NCBI GenBank assembly: GCA_051294905.1
Contig: CM119373.1
Coordinates: forward strand, 3,474,001-3,534,000
DNA from: Botryllus schlosseri
Taxonomy: Eukaryota
Length of the DNA stretch: 60,000 nt
Direction: 5' to 3'
In this document: positions 1 to 10,341 of the stretch, piece by piece
How positions within the stretch are numbered: position 1 is the stretch's first letter
Layout of the letters: every line of letters starts with the position of its first letter
Translations under genes and position numbers: made by a program
Notes under the pieces: generated by a model
The model's database searches: none
The model's input: only the letters and a program-made list of their open reading frames with translations
What the model was told of the DNA's origin: nothing

Positions 1-1241
1 CATTATGTTTATTACGACTTACTATGGGCAGTTGAGCAATCTGAGCATATTCTAGCTCCTCTGCGACGTTTTCGTTCATATGTAGCAACATAATGCTGGG
101 TGATGTTTAGAACTATCACAATTTAACAACCGCGGGTGCAAGGTACAGGTACAGGTAAATGTTATTTCGCGAATACACAGTATCATTAATCTTCTGCAAC
201 GTCCTCTCGATATTTGTCGTCTTGCGTGACTTGTATCTGGACTCTGAAGTCGTGCGTTGCCATTGGTCATCACTTACATCGGTTTACTGAAATTCCTAGC
301 GTTACAGCAGCAGCACAGGAATGACTGAAGATTAAAATATATCAGCATAGTGTCCTACTGTAGTACGCTATATAATATCAGTCTCTACTCACGGGTTAGG
401 GCTTCCGACACGACAAAAAGGGTTCAAGATGAATAATTGAATATATACGCATCTCTGTTAAAGAACTAGTTCGTAATTGATCGCCATATTAATCGTATAG
501 TCCTTGTGAATGTGCAATTGTGCATTGTGCATTGTAGTACAATACACGATTGTTCGTATGCAACAATCTTTCCAATTCTGTACTAGTTGCTTAACGATTA
601 ACCCTGGCGATTGTCAGCCGAAAGTACTCGTATTTTTATCAAAATGAATATAATGTTCAATTGTATATTGTGCATAGCGCAAGTTCAACTTGCAAGAAAA
701 TAACTATGCGTCTTTTCAGAATTTTAGACCGTATGTAGCGTACGTCTGCGTTCACAACGCTGAACTGCAGTAAATCTACTGTCAGCTCTCGTATGCTATA
801 ACGGTGAAGACTGTAATAGCTTTCAGCGACTAAAGCATTTAACGGGTGAGCGACATGGTGTGGAAACTATTTATTACTAGCACTCCTATAAATTATAAAT
901 GAGTGCGTTTGAAGGGGTTGCGGAGATGTGACGAAATGATTATATTATTACTGCCGGTATATGCCTAAAGTCTACGCTTGATCAATGCTCTCTGGCGATA
1001 CTTGACAATTACTACGCTTTGGTCATACTCATACTGATTTGCGTGGGTTGTATACTGAGTGTAATCAAGTTCAATCAGCGGCATGTGAAGCAAATCACCA
1101 GGATTTCACCCTTTCCATGTCTGGAGGAGTGGGTGTCGAGCATCGAGTCGCTTTTCTACCAACATCCATCGATTATAAATTGAACTTTGCGAGAAGCCAA
1201 ACAGTTAATGAGAGAAATATCATTGAATTAGCCGTCTAGCA

Positions 1242-1721
1242 GAGTGTTTCTCAACCGGGGGTCCGCGAAACCTCCAAATTTGCAAAATGGTTAACAACCG
1301 TATCCATATTTTTTAATTAGAGAGATCACATGGCAGTTTCGCTTCATGCCTGCTTAAACTTCGGGACTCACATTAACAGAATGCTGGCCGTCTGAGAAGA
1401 AATGTTCTACTGAGCAAACTTTTTCAGCAAACTTTTTCAGGATGAGCTGCTAGATAGAAATGACGAGACGTTTAATGTTCTGTTTTTCTCATTTTTTGCC
1501 ATATATATCTTACCCAAAGGTGTTGTCTGAAGACATACGCGTAATTATTACATTCTCCAACACCTTTCTTTATGAAAATAGATTTTCCGCACTTGATCAC
1601 TAGCCTATACATCTAATATTTGCATGATGGTTGCACGATAATTGAGCTAAATTTGAGCCAAAACTTCGGGTTCCGTGACGGTCCAAAGGGGTTCGTGGGG
1701 ACAAAAAGGTTGAGAACCATT
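1242..1721. mobile_element. Non-autonomous hAT (Buster/Charlie-like) element
   Basis: Ends (g)AGTGTTTCTCAACC ... GGTTGAGAACCATTG. Degenerate 8-bp flanks gtctagca/atctagtc. Related copy starts near 29335. Confidence 0.65.
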
Positions 1722-1852
1722 GATCTAGTCATTTCACCCCCTGTCTCTCAAAATCGCTTGAGTAAGGGTCAGTATCGTTCATTTAGGAAACACTGATCAA
1801 ACTATTGATGCAGTTGTGCGTAAAGCGCATATTACCCTGATCAGCGTATAAG

Positions 1853-2210
1853 CAGACTTGGACAACTAGATAATTATAGCTGTCCAATAATACTAATTAG
1901 AGCGAACTACCGGTCATCAAATTCTAATCTAATTTCAGAAATGTTTGTTGGCTCTAATTTCAATTCTGATCAAATTTGTGAAATGTTTCTATGGTCTAAT
2001 CATAATTATAATTCAATTCCTGGTTTTCCTGAAACGCTAGATGAGAACTGCCTAGTGTGGGCCGAGCCAAGCTTGCTGTACACTGTACGTACAGCGTATA
2101 GACATTTGTCACTCTCATGCTTCGCGAATTCAGTTATTCTAATTCTAATCCAATTAAAAAAAATGTGCAGCTTTAATTCTATTTCTAATCTGATTTGGTA
2201 AAGCTGAAAA
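1853..2210. repeat. Dispersed AATTAG/CTAATT-rich repeat family (unclassified)
   Basis: Reverse-complement similarity to ~20865-21215, ~23540-24145 and ~52460-52850. Shared blocks include gcagacttggacaact, gacaaatgtctg and aaacatttcacaaat. Confidence 0.6.
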
Positions 2211-2477
2211 CTTTTTAATTGCGACCAAGTGGTGTCGTAGAAAAGCCTATAAAAGCGGGCCGTGCTACAAGTCGGCAGTTACGGAATGATAATTAAGAAT
2301 GTCGCTCTGGTGATAATCACCGTTTTAGTCGAAAAACATCATGGATATTACAAACAACAGCAACCCGTCCCTTATGTATTCAGCTTTGGCGACATGTTTC
2401 AATGTTAAACTGCTTGGTATAACTGTGGCGAATTCTACAGGTACAGTAGCGAAACACGCACTATAGCACAACACTAG

Positions 2478-2573
2478 ATGGACGATTTCGGCGTCAAAGA
2501 GATTGCAATCAACGTGGTCGTAATCATGGGACTGCTGGTGCTGATATACGTCGCTTTCAATGTGCTGGAATGA
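2478..2573 (+). CDS. Putative 31-aa single-pass membrane micropeptide (sarcolipin/phospholamban/regulin-like)
   Basis: Translates to MDDFGVKEIAINVVVIMGLLVLIYVAFNVLE*. In-frame TAG immediately precedes the ATG. Acceptor-like aattctacag ends at 2440. Third codon positions are mostly G/C in an AT-rich background. Hydrophobic stretch of about 19 residues. Confidence 0.55.
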   Translation: MDDFGVKEIAINVVVIMGLLVLIYVAFNVLE

Positions 2574-3328
2574 ACCAATCGAACTACACACCTTAAAGCT
2601 TGATATCCAAACGCATCATCTTTACCACTCGCAGTATTTTTGTGTCGACGCGTGTAATAACAATTTCCATGTACCGCTTTCAAGAAAAAGCTACAATGAC
2701 AAGTTTCGTGGTGTGCCACCTGATAGTCTGCGCACTTGCGGGGTGAATTATACGCAAATATATATATATTTTCTGAACCGCCGGTGGCGCTATGGTTTAA
2801 CGTTGTAGAATATGTGAGTCGAATAGGTAAATGTGAGGTTGCGCTGTATTCTAACGCTACGTTCATGCTTTGAGTCTCTGTCACGGGTCTAGAGTGCTGA
2901 GGGTGCATAAAACAAGGCATCTGAACGGTTCCAGATTAACAACAGCGTGATATCTACTCACAGGTACAATGGGGCCTGTCTGACACATAGGCTTACACGG
3001 CTATATCCAACTACAGGAGTGAAATATCACTCTTGCTGAAGAACAGTTGTATCATCTCATCTGGCGACAATTTTGGTTGCTTGAGTATTGTGAGACGCGA
3101 CAATGAGCGTTGCATATACTATAATAGATATAAATATATTATTATATAGTAATACACTGTCAGTTGACTTGGCAGTTGGCATACAACTGATACAATCTTG
3201 TTTCCTTCGATTACCCGATTTGTGACGCTGACGAGAATCTATATCATCACCTAGCGGTAGTCGAAAAACGTACGTAGTGTATGTTAAGTAATATTATTAT
3301 GTTTCCTTATTCGCAGTAACACTGGTAA

Positions 3329-5347
3329 ATGACAGGGTATGACAGGGTATGGCAGGGAGCAATAGTGTATAAACTCCATAGTCTTGGTATTCGCGGTAGT
3401 TCGTTACGTTGGTTGAACTCCTTCCTTAAACATCGGTCATTTCAAGTTAGAATTTTAGATCAGCTGTCTGATACTTTCCATACGACAAATGGCACACCAC
3501 AAGGAAGTATTTTAAGCCCAGTTTTGTTTGCAATCATGATGAATGACTTACCCGTAGAAGCCACTTGTCATATCAACCTATACGCAGACGATATATGTAT
3601 TTACGATTCAAACTTGAATGCGTTGGACCTCCAGCAAAATATACAGCACTCCTTGAAGAAGGTTGCTAATTGGTGTAAAAAGTGGGGATTGAAAATAAAC
3701 TTGAGCAAATCGGCTGCCATGCTATTCACGAGAAGGCGCAAGCCCGCAAATTTTGAGCTATCTCTCGATGGGTCGCGGATCCCGTTCGAAAGAGAATTCC
3801 GGTATCTGGGCATCACGTTTGATTCTAGACTTACCTACCGGCAACACTCCCGTCAAGTAGCTGAAAAATGTAGTAAGCGCCTGAATATCCTACGGTGTCT
3901 GCGAGGCACATCCTGGGGTGCGTCTACGTCATGCATGATATTACTTTATAGGGCCATTATTCGCTCCATAATGGAATATGGACTCGAGGCATATTTTATA
4001 GCACCGAAGTATGTCAGTCAAACCATACAGAAGATACAAAACTCTGCTCTAAGGCTCTGTAGTGGGGCAATGATTAGCACCCCAACGATCGCGCTACAGA
4101 CTTTTTGTAACGAATTACCGATACATCTTCGGCACCTGCAAGCATGCGCCGCATACCGGTGCACAATATTGTGCCAACCTAGACACCATTGCTTATCGGT
4201 AACACAACACTCCTGGCACGAAATTTTTCCAGACTCGGAAAATTTCAAGACATTCAATATGATATCTAATATAGACCCGCTCAGAAACATAAAACTCACC
4301 CGAATTGAACCCGCTTCTGTACCCCCATGGATTCCTTTGGAAATTTCAGTAGACCTAAGTCTTGGCTCGAAGACCTTGAACATCGAACACCCCGATGCAA
4401 TCAGAATTGAGTGCGAGGAGTATATGTCTACCCACTACAATCATCATTTGGCTATATATACTGACGGTTCAAAAACTGACCAGGGATGCGGTGCCAGCTA
4501 CTACATCCCAACACTTGGTGTCTCTTTCAATCTTTCCTTGAGTAGTTTAAAAAGTGTGTACTCTGCGGAGCTTATCGCCATCAAGGAAAGCCTGTTGTGG
4601 GCATGCAGTAACTGTCCATCAAACTCAGATATTGCTATTTTTACAGACAGTCAAAGTGCGACCAAAGCCATCGAACAAAGACTCAACGAAGGCAACATGG
4701 TTATCGATGACATCATTCAGTGTATTTCTCGTCTCTCGTCAAGCGGCAGCCGCACAACAATTATATGGATCCCGGCTCACAAAGGAATAGTAAACAACGA
4801 AGTGGCGGATAGGCTTGCTAAAGCTGCAGCGAACATTGTTAACAATGGAATGGAAGTGATTTCGCTGACGCTTAGCGAATGCAAATCCATGATATCAGAC
4901 TTCTGTCGCACAAAATGGAAAAAGGAGATACGGGATCGGGAAACGAGCTCCAGATATGTTCGCCTGGTGAATTCGGTCGGTGCAACCTCCCAGCTACACG
5001 AACTGACTCAGCGTGAAAACTCTATCCTTATTCGGCTTCAAACAGGTCACTGTCGACTAAATGCACACCTGCACCGAATTGGCCAGCATGACAGTGGTCT
5101 CTGTGAACGATGCCACGTGCCCGAAACGTTAGAACACTTCATATTTACATGCACGCGTTACCGAGCACAAAGAGGTTACCTACTCGGTAGGTGTAATCTA
5201 CAACAACTTCCAACGGACCTTCACGTACTACTGAACAATCCTATAATGGTACATCCATTAATAGATTATGTGATTTTGACCGGAAGGGGATATAACCCCC
5301 AAGCAACCCTCCCATTCAGGCCTGGCGCACAAAGCCCTAGTTGCTGA
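3329..5347 (+). CDS. Truncated non-LTR reverse transcriptase with RNase H
   Basis: RT motifs GTPQGSILSP and YADD. RNase H motifs YTDGSK, SAEL, TDSQ and WIPAHKGIVNNEVAD. Zinc knuckle CERCHVPETLEHFIFTC. The ATG is created by the TSD/element junction. Confidence 0.88.
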   Translation: MTGYDRVWQGAIVYKLHSLGIRGSSLRWLNSFLKHRSFQVRILDQLSDTFHTTNGTPQGSILSPVLFAIMMNDLPVEATCHINLYADDICIYDSNLNALDLQQNIQHSLKKVANWCKKWGLKINLSKSAAMLFTRRRKPANFELSLDGSRIPFEREFRYLGITFDSRLTYRQHSRQVAEKCSKRLNILRCLRGTSWGASTSCMILLYRAIIRSIMEYGLEAYFIAPKYVSQTIQKIQNSALRLCSGAMISTPTIALQTFCNELPIHLRHLQACAAYRCTILCQPRHHCLSVTQHSWHEIFPDSENFKTFNMISNIDPLRNIKLTRIEPASVPPWIPLEISVDLSLGSKTLNIEHPDAIRIECEEYMSTHYNHHLAIYTDGSKTDQGCGASYYIPTLGVSFNLSLSSLKSVYSAELIAIKESLLWACSNCPSNSDIAIFTDSQSATKAIEQRLNEGNMVIDDIIQCISRLSSSGSRTTIIWIPAHKGIVNNEVADRLAKAAANIVNNGMEVISLTLSECKSMISDFCRTKWKKEIRDRETSSRYVRLVNSVGATSQLHELTQRENSILIRLQTGHCRLNAHLHRIGQHDSGLCERCHVPETLEHFIFTCTRYRAQRGYLLGRCNLQQLPTDLHVLLNNPIMVHPLIDYVILTGRGYNPQATLPFRPGAQSPSC

Positions 5348-5379
5348 GCGCCATGATACCCCATACCTACCCACCCACC
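3331..5379 (+). mobile_element. 5'-truncated I-group LINE (RT + RNase H + CCHC knuckle)
   Basis: TSD cactggtaaat at 3320-3330 and 5380-5390. Short (CCCA)n-type 3' tail. Uninterrupted ORF inside. Confidence 0.9.
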
Positions 5380-6006
5380 CACTGGTAAATACACACATAA
5401 TCCGGGGAGCAGCCTGCCTGCAGAGGAAAATGGCGAGATTGGAGTGAATTTTTAATATTCCCGTAGTACAGTCAAGTTTTTATTCCTATGCAATATATGA
5501 AGAGGTCAGATTAAGGAATTGCGGTAGATCATCGCTCTTCAACCGGGTGTATCGTACACCCTGGCGTGTGCCAAAATACTAAAAAGGGTTTAACACTCAG
5601 ATGGGGTGTACCAGATCCGAATTAAAATAGACCGATGACTATAGCCATCAAATACACAGGCAAGTTTATGCTTCAAAACATGTTCACCGGGTGTGTAATA
5701 TCGTGCAATATGTTCATGTTCATATAGGCCAGGGCCGGCCAACCCGTGGCCCGCGGGCCACATGTGGCCCGCGAGAAGGTTTTGAGTGGCCCGCGAGGTC
5801 ATTTCCGAAATTTCTAATATCATCAAAAATGGATTGCACAGATTGTGAACTTGCAAGGCCAACCGGAAATTTGATTAGTCTGGCCGCAACACTTGAGATG
5901 TGATGACTAAAATATCGGTTCCGACGCATTGACAGTTCCATTAGCCATTCACATATTGGTATATCTTCAGAATAACGCGAAACAATAACTTCATATTGTT
6001 AATTTA

Positions 6007-6046
6007 TTCGCTAAAAGCTTTTCGACTAACTCTCATCAGTAGCGAA
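6007..6046 (-). ncRNA. Minimal type I hammerhead ribozyme (inverted pLTR copy)
   Basis: Reverse complement reads TTCGCTA-CTGATGA-GAGTTAGTC-GAA-AAGCTT-T-TAGCGAA. Confidence 0.85.
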
Positions 6047-7512
6047 CGTTAGTGATGGGGTGAATCAAATTCGAAATGTAAGAACTATTTTGTCTGTATG
6101 ACGTAATAATAACAAAAACAAACAACTAGTAGACGGGCTAGATACGGTAGTAACGGTACAAAACAAACGTTACGAGTACATATTCGGTTATAAATAACCG
6201 AAAACACAACACATAACATTAATGAAATATTCCAAGAGTGTAGAGGCGTTCCTTCTGGCGACAGAGAATCGGCTTTCGTAGCTTTATGATCGTAGATTCC
6301 AGGACCTTTAAATGAAAAAGAGAACGGCCACGAGCAAGTATAGAAAATTGACTGTCGTTGTAATGATCAGCACAATCTGGATGGGATAAGAGATGCTGTC
6401 CAATAGCCGAATTACAAGCAGTAACTTGATCATAATCACGCAGTGTGTCAACAGACTGCGATGAAGGAGTTGGAGAAACATTATTTATTCTAATTTGCCG
6501 TGGGACATGCTGGCGAATTCTTTGCTGCAAGCGCTGAGACGTGCGACCTACATACCGACTGTCACATCGGCACGTGTATTCATATATTATATTGCTTTGA
6601 TTTGTCGCAGGTAGCACATCCTTTTGTGTTGCAGGCATCAGAGATTTCGTCGTGAAGATTATCTGAGGTTCTACTTGTGAAAAACAATGGCTCACTGACG
6701 ATTTAATTTGTTTTTCAAACCTGTTGGACACTTTCCCAATCCAAGGAAGATGCAAATAAACAGGACATTTTCTAGGTCCGAACGGTTTAACGGTCCTGTT
6801 TATTTGCATCTTCCTTGGATTGGGAAAGTGTCCAACAGGTTTGAAAAACAAATTAAATCGTCAGTGAGCCATTGTTTTTCACAAGTAGAACCTCAGATAA
6901 TCTTCACGACGAAATCTCTGATGCCTGCAACACAAAAGGATGTGCTACCTGCGACAAATCAAAGCAATATAATATATGAATACACGTGCCGATGTGACAG
7001 TCGGTATGTAGGTCGCACGTCTCAGCGCTTGCAGCAAAGAATTCGCCAGCATGTCCCACGGCAAATTAGAATAAATAATGTTTCTCCAACTCCTTCATCG
7101 CAGTCTGTTGACACACTGCGTGATTATGATCAAGTTACTGCTTGTAATTCGGCTATTGGACAGCATCTCTTATCCCATCCAGATTGTGCTGATCATTACA
7201 ACGACAGTCAATTTTCTATACTTGCTCGTGGCCGTTCTCTTTTTCATTTAAAGGTCCTGGAATCTACGATCATAAAGCTACGAAAGCCGATTCTCTGTCG
7301 CCAGAAGGAACGCCTCTACACTCTTGGAATATTTCATTAATGTTATGTGTTGTGTTTTCGGTTATTTATAACCGAATATGTACTCGTAACGTTTGTTTTG
7401 TACCGTTACTACCGTATCTAGCCCGTCTACTAGTTGTTTGTTTTTGTTATTATTACGTCATACAGACAAAATAGTTCTTACATTTCGAATTTGATTCACC
7501 CCATCACTAACG

Positions 7513-7552
7513 TTCGCTACTGATGAGAGTTAGTCGAAAAGCTTTTAGCGAA
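7513..7552 (+). ncRNA. Minimal type I hammerhead ribozyme
   Basis: Stem I TTCGCTA/TAGCGAA, core CTGATGA, 2-bp stem II, GAAA, palindromic AAGCTT in place of stem III. Followed by AATAAA and the ORF ATG. Confidence 0.87.
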
Positions 7553-7564
7553 TAAATTAACAAT

Positions 7565-10117
7565 ATGAAGTTATTGTTTCGCGTTATTCTGAAGTTCTGT
7601 ACCACAAATCACTTGTTCAAATACTTTCGCAAAAGGTACAGTGACCAACAATTGGAGATCCTTAATAAGTTGGTCAGAACTCGGGGGAAAATTCGAAATC
7701 TGCGGTATCATGTAGCCTTTCTTAAGGCTTGTATAAAGAAAAGAGTTGTACCAAAGTTTCTGAAGACGAGGATAGAGAAATCGCGTGCTCGCATCAACTC
7801 CAGGATTGAGAGTGCATTTTTACATGATGAGATCGAGAACAGCATAAAAGAGATGAGTACCGTAACGCAACGTTGTGCCAAGCTTAAGCAGCAGGCAGTG
7901 CAGTTTTTATCTTATTTTGACCTGATACGGTTTTGTCGTTATATGGCCAAAATTGATGCACGTAAAGAGGATGAGAAGGTACGGCAGAATGAGCGTAACA
8001 TCAGCTTGCTTCTCAAGACACGATACGGTACCAAGGCAGTTGCTGGTAGTAAGGTTATTACCAACTTATCGGACTATGAGCTGAGTGGCACAGAAGAGTT
8101 GGTACTATCTCTTGGTCTTGATTTTTCTGTGCCACCGACAGAAATCAAGCGTGAGGAAGTCTTTGCTGAATTTGAGGTATTACTTGGACAATTGTCACAT
8201 CATCACCAGAAATTTGATGATGAAAGCAGAGCAAAGGAACACAGTGAGAAAATTGTGGCCCTTAAAGCCAAACTAAGTAGCTTAGCGCATGGTTTTTGTG
8301 GAACTCCAATCGACAGAAGTGATTTCACGATGACGTCCGATTGCTACAGGAGCATCAGATCCCTGAAATCCAATAAGTCAATTCACATAACCAAACCTGA
8401 TAAAGGATCTGGTGTAGTCATTTTGAATAAGTGTGACTACATTTCTAAAATGGATTTAATTCTCGGCGACAAGTCTAAATTTGAAATCCTTGGCCCTGCG
8501 TGTGACAATGACAACACCTCCAAGATAGAAGCTCGTATTCAGCGTCTACTATTGACCCTCAAGAAGGCGGGAAAAATCTCTTCTGCTGAATACGACGATA
8601 TCAGACCCACTGGCTCCATTCGACCACGTATGTATGGTCTTCCGAAGACCCATAAATCGAATGTACCCTTACGTCCGATACTATCGATGGTTGGATCAGC
8701 GTATCACAAAGTCGCGAAGTGGATTGCGAGATATCTTGAGCCGGTGAGTTTGCTCTATGGTGGTAACTGCATTCGTGACTCGTTCACATTTGCTGATACC
8801 ATTCGTAATGTTGATCTCGATGAGTCCGAAATCTCTATGTGTTCGTTTGATATATCTAGTTTATTCACGAACGTGCCAGTTCAAGAGACTATAGAGATTT
8901 GTGCCAATGAACTCTATGGTGGTGTCCTTCCATCTCCTCCATTCTCAAGGTCTTCTTTTGTTAAATTAATGCGATTGATCACTTGTGATGTCGAATTTAG
9001 TTTCAATAACACCATATATACACAAATCGACGGTGTTGCAATGGGATCGCCGCTTGGTCCCATTCTGGCTAACATTTTTGTGGGGTATTACGAAAAACGG
9101 TTATTCGAAGATATTGATCGACCATTAATGTATCAAAGATATGTTGATGACACCTTCGCCATATTTGAAAATGAATCCCAGTGTGATTTGTTTCTGAGCA
9201 AATTGAATGGTCTTCACCCATCACTGAAATTCACCATGGAAAAAGAGGTTAATAATTCATTAGCATTCCTTGATGTTTTAGTGGAAAAGACGGGTGCTAA
9301 TTTTGTTACATCAGTTTACCGTAAGCCTACATTCAGTGGGCAATACATTTCGTGGGATTCTTTCTGTCCAGTAAAACGTAAAGTAAATTTGATAAGAACT
9401 CTGGTACACAGGGCTCTGATGATATGTAGTAAAGTCAAACTTGATTCTGAATTGGAGAACATTCGGTCAATCTTTCAGTCAAATGGTTATCCTGATCATA
9501 TCATTAAAATGACCATAGATCGTAAACTCAAAGATTTCAGAAAAGTTAAACCGTTCGGACCTAGAAAATGTCCTGTTTATTTGCATCTTCCTTGGATTGG
9601 GAAAGTGTCCAACAGGTTTGAAAAACAAATTAAATCGTCAGTGAGCCATTGTTTTTCACAAGTAGAACCTCAGATAATCTTCACGACGAAATCTCTGATG
9701 CCTGCAACACAAAAGGATGTGCTACCTGCGACAAATCAAAGCAATATAATATATGAATACACGTGCCGATGTGACAGTCGGTATGTAGGTCGCACGTCTC
9801 AGCGCTTGCAGCAAAGAATTCGCCAGCATGTCCCACGGCAAATTAGAATAAATAATGTTTCTCCAACTCCTTCATCGCAGTCTGTTGACACACTGCGTGA
9901 TTATGATCAAGTTACTGCTTGTAATTCGGCTATTGGACAGCATCTCTTATCCCATCCAGATTGTGCTGATCATTACAACGACAGTCAATTTTCTATACTT
10001 GCTCGTGGCCGTTCTCTTTTTCATTTAAAGGTCCTGGAATCTACGATCATAAAGCTACGAAAGCCGATTCTCTGTCGCCAGAAGGAACGCCTCTACACTC
10101 TTGGAATATTTCATTAA
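7565..10117 (+). CDS. Penelope-like RT + GIY-YIG endonuclease, 850 aa (copy 1)
   Basis: RT motifs KPDKGSGVVIL, YGLPKTHK, LRPI, SFDISSLFTNVP, GVAMGSPLGP and RYVDD. GIY-YIG region IIYEYTCRCDSRYVGRTSQRLQQRIRQH. Confidence 0.96.
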   Translation: MKLLFRVILKFCTTNHLFKYFRKRYSDQQLEILNKLVRTRGKIRNLRYHVAFLKACIKKRVVPKFLKTRIEKSRARINSRIESAFLHDEIENSIKEMSTVTQRCAKLKQQAVQFLSYFDLIRFCRYMAKIDARKEDEKVRQNERNISLLLKTRYGTKAVAGSKVITNLSDYELSGTEELVLSLGLDFSVPPTEIKREEVFAEFEVLLGQLSHHHQKFDDESRAKEHSEKIVALKAKLSSLAHGFCGTPIDRSDFTMTSDCYRSIRSLKSNKSIHITKPDKGSGVVILNKCDYISKMDLILGDKSKFEILGPACDNDNTSKIEARIQRLLLTLKKAGKISSAEYDDIRPTGSIRPRMYGLPKTHKSNVPLRPILSMVGSAYHKVAKWIARYLEPVSLLYGGNCIRDSFTFADTIRNVDLDESEISMCSFDISSLFTNVPVQETIEICANELYGGVLPSPPFSRSSFVKLMRLITCDVEFSFNNTIYTQIDGVAMGSPLGPILANIFVGYYEKRLFEDIDRPLMYQRYVDDTFAIFENESQCDLFLSKLNGLHPSLKFTMEKEVNNSLAFLDVLVEKTGANFVTSVYRKPTFSGQYISWDSFCPVKRKVNLIRTLVHRALMICSKVKLDSELENIRSIFQSNGYPDHIIKMTIDRKLKDFRKVKPFGPRKCPVYLHLPWIGKVSNRFEKQIKSSVSHCFSQVEPQIIFTTKSLMPATQKDVLPATNQSNIIYEYTCRCDSRYVGRTSQRLQQRIRQHVPRQIRINNVSPTPSSQSVDTLRDYDQVTACNSAIGQHLLSHPDCADHYNDSQFSILARGRSLFHLKVLESTIIKLRKPILCRQKERLYTLGIFH

Positions 10118-10289
10118 TGTTATGTGTTGTGTTTTCGGTTATTTATAACCGAATATGTACTCGTAACGTTTGTTTTGTACCGTTACTACCGTATCTAGCC
10201 CGTCTACTAGTTGTTTGTTTTTGTTATTATTACGTCATACAGACAAAATAGTTCTTACATTTCGAATTTGATTCACCCCATCACTAACG

Positions 10290-10329
10290 TTCGCTACTGT
10301 TGAGAGTTAGTCGAAAAGCTTTTAGCGAA
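10290..10329 (+). ncRNA. Minimal hammerhead ribozyme with core substitution (CTGTTGA)
   Basis: Same as the other copies except A>T at 10300, conserved core position A6. Confidence 0.8.
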
Positions 10330-10341
10330 TAAATTAACAAT

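Larger units (their letters stand above)
5965..7594. repeat. 802-bp-arm palindrome at the Penelope 5' end
   Basis: 5965-6766 is the reverse complement of 6793-7594, with a 26-nt spacer at 6767-6792. Confidence 0.93.

Noticed and set aside
2325..2920. Listed 82-148-aa ORFs around 2.3-2.9 kb
   Set aside because: No recognisable domains. Their openness is partly explained by overlap with the codon-biased 31-aa smORF.
6219..7340. Two overlapping 210-aa ORFs on opposite strands encoding GIY-YIG domains
   Set aside because: By-products of the Penelope palindrome. They start at TTG in antisense arm sequence and are not independent genes.
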